Notes under the pieces: generated by a model
Told to the model about the DNA's origin: nothing
The model's input: only the letters and a program-made list of their open reading frames with translations
Database searches by the model: none
Assembly: GCA_951406725.2 (NCBI GenBank)
Contig: OX597817.1
Location: 122,140,001 to 122,204,000, forward strand
Direction: 5' to 3'
DNA: 64,000 nucleotides
DNA from: Octopus vulgaris
Taxonomy: Eukaryota
In this document: one piece after another, positions 54,813 through 64,000 of the stretch
Position numbering within the stretch: the first letter of the stretch is position 1
How the letters are laid out: each line of letters begins with the position of its first letter
Program-made: the position numbers and the translations under genes

Positions 54813-55577
54813 TGTAACTTCATGTAATATCTAGATGTGTTTGAAGAGATTGCATAATTGTTTCTACAAAGTTTTTAGTCCCGTAGACCTCCCAACAAAA
54901 TCTGTCTCATATGACACAGCCCACCACCACCACCACCACTACAACTACTATCAATGCCAGGTGGCCTTTAAACACATGGAAAAGAGATGTCAAAGTAGCA
55001 TCAAACCGGAAACCTGGCCCGATTGCTTGCTGCAGAATAGCTCCCGATAAAGGCATCCAAGGTGGTCCATGACTGTGTTAAGCTGACTGATGAATCGTGT
55101 CTACAATCCAAGCACATCAAGGCGGTATTTGAACTCAGACCGCGAAGAGCCGGAACAAATACCACAAGCATGTAATCTGACGTTCTTCCAATTCCGATAA
55201 TATGCCAACTTGGATTAGTATTTTTTTTTTTTTTTTTGTGCGTCAACACACAAAAGATGAGAAGCAAAGTTGAACTTGACAGAATGCGAACCCAGAAGGC
55301 AGAAAGTCAAAACAAATAATCCTGAACATTCCGTCCGACGTTCAAGGGGATCTTCAAATCCACTGAGCAAAATATGGGACTTGATATTATTCTAAGTATT
55401 TGTAGGTTGTTGTGTGTTCTATGTGTTGTGATTGTTATGGGGCATATATAATTTCTGCTATTTTTGTTTTCTATGTGTGTGGCATATTTTTATGCTGTTG
55501 ATTGTAGTTTTGGCGGTATTCAATGTTTTTTGATGTTACTGGTAAAGTAGGAGACCGTATATTATTTTAAGTGTTAA

Positions 55578-55730
55578 AGCACGAGGCTCAGTAGTTAGGG
55601 TGATGTACTTACAATCGCGAACTCACGAGTTCGATTTCCAGAACAGACGGAGCGTTATGTTCTTGAGAGAATCACTTCATTTAATGTTATTCTGTGATCA
55701 TTTCGACAACTGACGTGTGGCACCTGGAGG
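55578..55730 (+). mobile_element. diverged family-D-like SINE head
   Basis: TAGTTAGGGTG...GAGTTCGATTTCC...GCGTTATGTTCTTGAG..CACTTCATTT. Confidence 0.65.
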
Positions 55731-56379
55731 AAGTGAGCTAATGTGCTGCATAAACGTTTTGATTGCTGTAAACAAATCACCTGTGCAGGGTTTCCAACAA
55801 AAAACATGTTGCTCGATCTTGAGAGGCTACCATCTATTAATTCCAAGTGTGTTGGTGGGAAGCAGTGGTTTCCAGGTGATGTGTGTAGCTTTGAATATAA
55901 GTTATGCAATAAAGTTTGGAAAATGGTTGGAACAAGCCATTGTGGTATCTGCGTTTGACATCTGTGCGTATTTTGAAGGTTTAGAAAGGTCATGCAGATA
56001 TAAGCTGAATAGAATGAGTGAATGAACAGATTCTTGCAGTACTCTGTTTAAGAAACTTCCTGTTTGTATTTATCGAGAAAGCCTCTGTGGAGTTTCTCGA
56101 CCTACAAGAAATTACAGAAAAATCTTCCTCTTACATCTACTCTGCCATCGTAAAATGTTTAACTATAGTAACGTTGTAGTAGTAATAGTGTGCATGCATG
56201 TATGCCATGTTATCACTATATGATGACTGAACCAATAGATTAACTTGCTTACTGATATGTGTGAATCACCATGAATAGTTTTGTAACGAAGTATAACAAA
56301 TAACAGAAATGTGTCATATGCATTTATGCGTATATATATTCACACATAGATATATAAGTGTAAATATGTATGTGCGTAT

Positions 56380-56454
<75 letters not shown>

Positions 56455-56457
<3 letters not shown>

Positions 56458-56601
56458 TTAGATTCAGATGAATATGGTACTTAAGTTGAGGCACCAAAAT
56501 TTAGTATGGTATTATCCATACAATTTCAAAATAAGGTGATTAAATAAGCAACAAGGATATCCAGAAGTAATGCAGTACCTCCGGGTATCCTTGTTGCTTA
56601 T
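56455..56601 (-). mobile_element. short fold-back PLE-type terminal fragment in (TA)n
   Basis: Arms 56544-56569 / 56576-56601; (TA)n on both sides. Confidence 0.6.
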
Positions 56602-57631
56602 ATATATATATATAATTATATTTAATAAATCGTTTTTCATTGACTTTTGTCTATGCGTAGCTCAAACTTAATGCATGTTAAAACATATATGCCTGCATAA
56701 CTTCATAACGCGAATGAAACAAGAAAAGCAGAAAAAGATATAGGTACGTGTGTATGTGTGTGTGTGTGTGTATCTCAAAGTATAGCACTTGAACATTATT
56801 AAGAGAACTTGCCAAATATAACGACAGAGAAAATAAAAATGCCACGAAATAATAAAAACAGCAATAGGAATAATCATAATGATGATGATGATATAGAAGT
56901 TTTTTAGTTAAGCTACAAGCTATTAGTTATGTTATTTTGCACCGTCACTTCCACTGGGTACAGTGGAACGACAGTGTACTTGGTTGGTAAATGAAGAGAA
57001 TATTTAGGCTTCAGGCAACAGATGGTAAAAAAAGAACAAAAACAAAATTATAGATTTGCTTAAAATCTCAGGTCCCAATTTCAAACGAAAACCAAAGAAC
57101 CAAAGATACACAAACAGCTATGAAATAAGTTTGAGTAATGATTCTGTTTCAGAAAGAATCTGATATAATATTTCTTTGGGGAAATGCAGAATTTGATGTA
57201 TGGAAAGAAACGATTTTGTTGATGCTAAAGAGTGATGTGTAGGCAGAAATTCTCTAGAGAATTTGTTTTCCGATGTTAAAACCATTTCTCTTATCTATTT
57301 TTGTTTTGCATTTGTTATTTCTATTTTTTGTTTTATTTAAATCTAAGCTGAAAATAATCGTTCAAGCAGGAAGAGCAACGAACAACAGTTTTTATAAATC
57401 TTTCTTCAAAGGAGACAAACACCTCCATATCTGTTCTATCTAACAATATATATGCCCTTCTATGTAAGTATTTCTGCGTAGCTGTCTGTACCGGTAGCTG
57501 TAGTAGGTATATATGTATGTATATACGTATGTATGCATGTGTATATATATGTAGGTATGTATGTACGTATCAATATCTACTTATCAATCTATCTATCTGT
57601 CTCTATATATACACGCACACAGTGTGTGTGT

Positions 57632-57679
<48 letters not shown>

Positions 57680-57863
57680 GTATGTCAATATATATAGCTA
57701 AATATAATCTTCATACATTATCACTTCAGAAACTGAGAAACTGGTTTCGACAACATTCGTTTTGCAGTGCAGTTGTTCACTAGTTTTCCTCTTAATAATT
57801 TACACTTCAGAAATTTCGTCCCTCTTACACACACGCGCGCACGCACACATGAGCACATACACT

Positions 57864-57935
<72 letters not shown>

Positions 57936-57985
57936 CATACGCACATACATATATGTATGTATGTGTGTATGTGCTCGCATGTACA

Positions 57986-58022
<37 letters not shown>

Positions 58023-58524
58023 GCTTGTATGCACGCACAAATATTAGTATAGCTGCTATGGCTTATAAATTTATACACTTGTAAATGGAGAGCTAGGCAC
58101 ATATAATAAATACATCTTGAGATTTTTGCCCAAGTTCAACTGACTGTGGTGTCATTTCACTTTATTAACAACATCTGTAAATTCTGCCCCGAGGCACATG
58201 CATACACACACACAACCATACATGCACACACATACACACACATATTAGAGTAGTATGAAGCAACGTCTGATATGTGTGTGTGTTCTGTGTTTGTTTTTGT
58301 TTTTTTTTAATTTATTTTAGGAATCAAAACAATGCAAGTTATAAGAGTTAATACAAGTCAGTTTGTAATTTTAACTTGTACATTTCCTAAGATTCCATGA
58401 AGAAGGGCTTCTAACGCCGAAATATTGAAGCACAAATTCATAGTACAGGCCATCGACTTGAATTATATCTTATAACGTGTAATGTTTTCGCTTTATATAT
58501 ATGTGTGTGTATTATATATATATA

Positions 58525-58742
58525 AATTAAATAAGGGTAAAAACTTGATATTAATCAATTAAAACCAGTGCCTTAGCATATTTTTAAAAATCCGAAGATT
58601 TTACATACAAAATTTAGAGGACTGACCAATAAAAATGGACAACCTATATGCTAAACATAGACGTCAAGTAAATGGCGATTTGACGTCTATGTTTAGCATA
58701 TAGGCTGTCCACTTTTAGTGGTCAGTGCTCTAAATTTTTTAC
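58525..58742 (-). mobile_element. fold-back PLE-type terminal fragment in (TA)n (family of 38929)
   Basis: Arms 58609-58667 / 58680-58739; the unique extension is the reverse complement of 39265-39350. Confidence 0.75.
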
Positions 58743-58758
58743 ATATATATATAAATAC

Positions 58759-60784
58759 ATTGTTTTTTTTTTTTTTTTTTTATATCTGTCCCTTTTGCTG
58801 TCCTGGTGTTCGTATGCATTCGATCCTTCTTCCAGGAAATCTACGCTTCCAGCTTAGTTTTTCTAATGCTCGTTGCTTAGTTTTTCTTGGAGGGCTGGCC
58901 GTGATCTAGTAATCTCAAGATTAATCAGCCGAAATTACTACGATGATCCGGTTCTTGACTGAAGACTGAGGGTTTCGAATGTCCTGTCCGTGTTTATTGT
59001 GTCGTCTTCTAAGAGTTATACGTTCTTGTCCATGTTGTATTTTTCTACATACCTTAACATATATTCCAGGCGCCCCGTACCCTCTTAACATTAATGTGAG
59101 CACATATTCTTAATAATTGGTACGACTCTCTGTTTGTCTCTCTCTCTCTCTCATTTTTACTTGATCTGTCCCCTTCTCTCTCTCTTCTCTCTCCTCTCTT
59201 TTCTCTCTACTCATCCTCTTTTTCTCTTCTCTTTCCTCTGATTCTTTGGTCTAATCTTCCACTACCCTCCTATTTCTTTGTCTCGCTCTGCACTCACAGG
59301 TCAATCTTCGACACCCATCCCTTCTCCTCTCTGATTCCTTCTTTCTCTCTCTTCTCTCTCTTTGTTGCGTTTGTCCCTCCTCTCTCTCTCTCTTCCTTTG
59401 CTTTTCTTTCTTTTCTTTTCTCTCTTCTCTGTCACGTGACTGCTGGCTGAAATCTGCCTTTCAGCTTCTGACCATCGTCACGTTAACATCGTTGTTTTTC
59501 GTCCGCCGCTATAAAGGCTTTTTCCAATGCGCCAGAGAAAAAATTTGTTTGCTTGTTATCAGTCGTAAGACACTTGTTGTTTTCACCGTTAATGCTTCTG
59601 TATTTCATGTTTCTGTATTCCATTATTGTTTTTTTTTTTTTTTTTATATCTGTCCCTTTTGCTGTCCTGGTGTTCGTATGCATTCGATCCTTCTTCCAGG
59701 AAATCTACGCTTCCAGCTTAGTTTTTCTAATGCTCGTTGCTTAGTTTTTCTTGGAGGGCTGGCCGTGATCTAGTAATCTCAAGATTAATCAGCCGAAATT
59801 ACTACGATGATCCGGTTCTTGACTGAAGACTGAGGGTTTCGAATGTCCTGTCCGTGTTTATTGTGTCGTCTTCTAAGAGTTATACGTTCTTGTCCATGTT
59901 GTATTTTTCTACATACCTTAACATATATTCCAGGCGCCCCGTACCCTCTTAACATTAATGTGAGCACATATTCTTAATAATTGGTACGACTCTCTGTTTG
60001 TCTCTCTCTCTCTCTCATTTTTACTTGATCTGTCCCCTTCTCTCTCTCTTCTCTCTCCTCTCTTTTCTCTCTACTCATCCTCTTTTTCTCTTCTCTTTCC
60101 TCTGATTCTTTGGTCTAATCTTCCACTACCCTCCTATTTCTTTGTCTCGCTCTGCACTCACAGGTCAATCTTCGACACCCATCCCTTCTCCTCTCTGATT
60201 CCTTCTTTCTCTCTCTTCTCTCTCTTTGTTGCGTTTGTCCCTCCTCTCTCTCTCTCTTCCTTTGCTTTTCTTTCTTTTCTTTTCTCTCTTCTCTGTCACG
60301 TGACTGCTGGCTGAAATCTGCCTTTCAGCTTCTGACCATCGTCACGTTAACATCGTTGTTTTTCGTCCGCCGCTATAAAGGCTTTTTCCAATGCGCCAGA
60401 GAAAAAATTTGTTTGCTTGTTATCAGTCGTAAGACACTTGTTGTTTTCACCGTTAATGCTTCTGTATTTCATGTTTCTGTATTCCATTATTGTTTTTTTT
60501 TTTTTTTTATATCTGTCCCTTTTGCTGTCCTGGTGTTCGTATGCATTCGATCCTTCTTCCAGGAAATCTACGCTTCCAGCTTAGTTTTTCTAATGCTCGT
60601 TGCTTAGTTTTTCTTGGAGGGCTGGCCGTGATCTAGTAATCTCAAGATTAATCAGCCGAAATTACTACGATGATCCGGTTCTTGACTGAAGACTGAGGGT
60701 TTCGAATGTCCTGTCCGTGTTTATTGTGTCGTCTTCTAAGAGTTATACGTTCTTGTCCATGTTGTATTTTTCTACATACCTTAA
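58759..60784 (+). repeat. 864/863-bp tandem array (~2.3 copies), non-coding, CT-rich, ribozyme-bearing; retrozyme/pLTR-like
   Basis: Matching ORFs recur at +864 (58921/59785; 59492/60356); units look identical except for poly-T length (19/17/16); TA-rich flanks. Confidence 0.95.
58897..58969 (+). ncRNA. candidate non-circularly permuted hammerhead ribozyme, copy 1 (copies 2 and 3 at 59761-59833 and 60624-60696)
   Basis: TAGTAAT-C-TCAAGA ... TCAGCC-GAAA-TTACTA ... TCTTGA-CTGAAGA-CTGA: all core nucleotides present, stems I (6 bp) and III (7 bp) perfect, stem II 4 bp with a 2-nt insertion. Confidence 0.65.
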
Positions 60785-60807
60785 TATATATATATATATA
60801 TATATAT

Positions 60808-61035
60808 CATCACCGTTTAATGTCCGTCTTCCATGCATAAGTAGGAAGGTTGACAGGAACTGGCCAGGTAGAAGACTACCCCAGGCTACTGTGTCTGTTT
60901 TGACAGGTTTTTTACGGCTGGATGCCATTCCTGACACCAACCACTTTGAAGAGTGGACTGAGTGATTTTTACATAGCACTAGAATAGGCAAGGTCAGTTT
61001 TGGCATGATTTTCACAACTGGATGCCCTTTCAAAT
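60808..61035 (-). mobile_element. SINE/RTE-type 3' tail fragment
   Basis: Minus strand GGTTGGTGTCAGGAATGGCATCCAGCCGTAAAAA...CATGGAAGACGGACATTAAACGGTGATG; related remnants at ~51735 and ~54930. Confidence 0.65.
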
Positions 61036-61273
61036 GTGTGTGAATATGTGTGTGTGTGCTACGTGTGTCTGTTTGTGTATGTGTATGTACACACACACAT
61101 ATGTGTGTATACAACGAGTTTGTGCGCAGTCTTCGTTTTCAAAATTCCACTGATAAAGTGTATTAATCAAACTTAGAATATGGAAGTCATTTGGTTATGG
61201 AACCACGTAACTGTATTGAACACGGAACCATGCCATTTGCGAGACAAAATTCGTAAATTTCAGAATACAACAC

Positions 61274-61494
61274 TTACTCTTTTACTCTTTACTCTTTTAC
61301 TTGTTTCAGTCATTTGACTGCAGCCAAGCTGGAGCACCGCCTTTAGTCGAGCAACTCGACCCCGGGACTTGTTCTTTTTGTAAGCCCAGTACTTATTCTA
61401 TCGGTCTCTTTTTGCCGAACCGCTAAGTGACGGGGACCGTAAACACACCAGCATCGGCTGTCAAGCAATGCTAGGGGAACAAACACAGACACAC

Positions 61495-61572
<78 letters not shown>

Positions 61573-61734
61573 GACAGGCTTCTTTCAGTTTCCGACTACC
61601 AAATCCACTCACAAGGCATTGGTCGGCCCGGGGCTATAGTAGAAGACACTTGCCCAAGATGCCACGCAGTGGGACTGAACCCGGAACCATGTGATTGGTT
61701 AGCAAGCTACTTACCACACAGCCACTCCTGCGCC
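61274..61734 (-). mobile_element. SINE family A, full length
   Basis: Near-consensus reverse complement of 7464-7858, with an internal (TA)n/(CA)n expansion. Confidence 0.93.
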
Positions 61735-62287
61735 TGAATTCTCGTACTGAATTCTCTTCGTTTCATACTAGTACTTGCAAAATCTTTACTATAATACGTA
61801 CATATATTCGTAATAAATACATACATGCATACATGCGTACATACGTACGTACGTACGTACGTACATATATACATATGTAGAAAAGACGGGAAAACAAAGA
61901 GCTTGTACATGCATGTGAGCACATAAAAATACTCTAATACATAAATAACTGTTCATAAATACATATGTGTATAATATTTGTGTTTCTGTAGTCTATATAT
62001 TATCAATGTGTCAAGTGTAGTAAACCTGCACTGAAATAACGTTATATCATTCTATAAAGTATTTTCAACCTTTTGCTTTAACATCTCCAGTCATAGATGC
62101 CTACTAACCTTTATTGGAGAGAATATGATTTATTATCAGAGCCGAAAATAACGATAACATAGCAAAGAAATAAATTAAAAATCTATCTTAAACTAAAATA
62201 TATATCACACGCTTTCTGCGAGCCTGTCTGTATGTATGCGTGTTTATATAAACATGGTTGCATATATGTGTGTGTGTGTATACATAC

Positions 62288-62320
<33 letters not shown>

Positions 62321-62345
62321 CGTATACATATATATATATATGTGA

Positions 62346-62397
<52 letters not shown>

Positions 62398-63012
62398 GTA
62401 TATATGTGCAATATATTTATATTCATATATATATATATGTGTGTGTGTGAATATATTGCACATCACACATATAAGCGTGTATGTATATGTGTGCGTCTAA
62501 GTGCGCGTACGTATTCGGTATGCAGCCTAGCCGATGTAGTTTCCGGTGAGATATCTAACGACGAAATAATGGTCCACAGAGCATGAAATTCCAGGGAAAT
62601 ATCTAAGTCTGTGGGTCATCGCTGTGGGTTCCATTAGCTGCTCTCAAAATCATTGTCTGCATGATCAAAGCAAACATGAGATATTTTTCCAAGCGAGAGA
62701 TCAACAAAATAACTGGTCCGTCCAAATCCAGCCATTCAAACGAAACATAAATGAAATAAAACCAGAACTTCGAAAAAGCTACGCAATATAGGGGGAAAAA
62801 ACAACACAAATATTTAAAATAGCAATATAAATCTTCATCATGTATGTATGAGTGTGAGTGTGTGTGTGTTTGGATGTGTATGTGTGATATTTATAAATGT
62901 TTACAAACAGGGTGGGATGCACTCAATATATTTAATAGAGTCTATGCTTTCACTATGATTTCAAAGACGCGAAATTCAGCGTAGTTTTGACGAGAAATCT
63001 TAACTTTCTACA

Positions 63013-63374
63013 TCTATTTATATAAAGCTGAAGTTGTCTGTATGTGGCAGACTTGGCAGCCTTCAACTAACACTATCTCCTCCGAGACCCTGCGGCGCAA
63101 GTTGACTAAAATTGAGAGTATGGTAGAAGAAGGCTCGCTCTTCCTTCCATAGAAGAAAAAATTCAAATCGGACCACGTTAAGACCAAAAATTATTTACAT
63201 CAAAAAGGTGTTTTTTTCTATGAAAATCCCTATTTTTAAAGATTTTTGACAGCTGTGTCGACATTTTTCGGTGTATTTCAACCAGAAAAATGTTCACTTG
63301 AAATTTTTACTTTTCAAAAATTCCAATTCTAAAGGGTCGAAACAAACTCAAGCAACGCCGGGCGATACTGCTAG
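63013..63374 (+). mobile_element. non-autonomous Helitron (362 bp)
   Basis: A|TC start, 3' AGCAACGCCGGGCGATACTGCTAG|T end, identical to the 3' end of the 5330-5839 element. Confidence 0.85.
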
Positions 63375-64000
63375 TACAAAGATAAATGTGTATGTGTTTG
63401 TGTACGTATTTGAGAGAGCATGTGTTTGCACATGCGCGTGGATGCAGTTTCTCCTAAAATTGTTATTATCCAATGTCAAGCATATACATATATGGTGGGA
63501 CTCAACCCGTGACCGTGTAAGACCACTTCCTAGGCTCTTTTTCCTCTAAGAAACCGCTCATTGGTCTTCCCATCATTGATAATGTCTCGTATGGCTCCAA
63601 AGTCCTGTAAAGGCCCTACAAATCATTCCACACAGGCTACAAGTCATTCACCACTCAGTAGCAACACCCTGACCATCTGGATACATACATGCATACGTAG
63701 ATCCATATATACATACACACACATACATACATATATACACACATACATACATACTTACATACATACATACATACATACACACAAATCCTTAATTCATTTG
63801 CTACATATGATCACGACATTTTGGATTATAAAAATCTGCAGAACCTTCTTAAGATTTAAAGGATGATGCTTAAAGCAAGACACTTGCCTTCACACCCTCT
63901 CTACCAATAAAGTTGCAGGTCAAAATTACTCTAAACTAAAAGGAGAAAGACAGTGCACACACACACACATACACACACATACATACATACATACATACAT

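Noticed and set aside
58959-58990. Reading the array motif as a canonical type I/III hammerhead, or as HDV-like (CGAAT)
   Set aside because: No stem II-GAAA downstream of CTGAAGA and no P2 partner for an HDV fold; only the C-B-A arrangement pairs fully.
58718-60607. Repeated 60-93 aa ORFs in the 864-bp unit
   Set aside because: Frames shift with poly-T length between copies; no domain similarity.
62570-62790. 73-codon stop-free plus frame
   Set aside because: No start, no convincing splice sites, no recognisable homology.

Overview
AT-rich, microsatellite-saturated animal genomic DNA. The SINE families and repeat landscape look like Octopus (inference). I recognise no intact protein-coding gene, and most long track ORFs are microsatellite artefacts. 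The window is a mosaic of at least four tRNA-type SINE families, two non-autonomous Helitrons, and decayed RTE, R4/Dong-like, Penelope-like (PLE) RT and mariner fragments. It also holds many non-coding PLE-type terminal fragments, mostly in (TA)n. The main signal is self-cleaving-ribozyme-like RNA structure. (i) An 864-bp x ~2.3 tandem array (58759-60784) carries three copies of a hammerhead whose three strands lie in the non-circular order C-B-A; a diverged copy at ~43 kb shows compensatory changes. (ii) Seven asymmetric fold-back insertions, four of which contain minimal type-I hammerhead motifs. Also notable are a twin-primed RTE insertion with TSD and two inverted paralog pairs with perfectly homogenised cores. 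All structures were read by eye and are untested.
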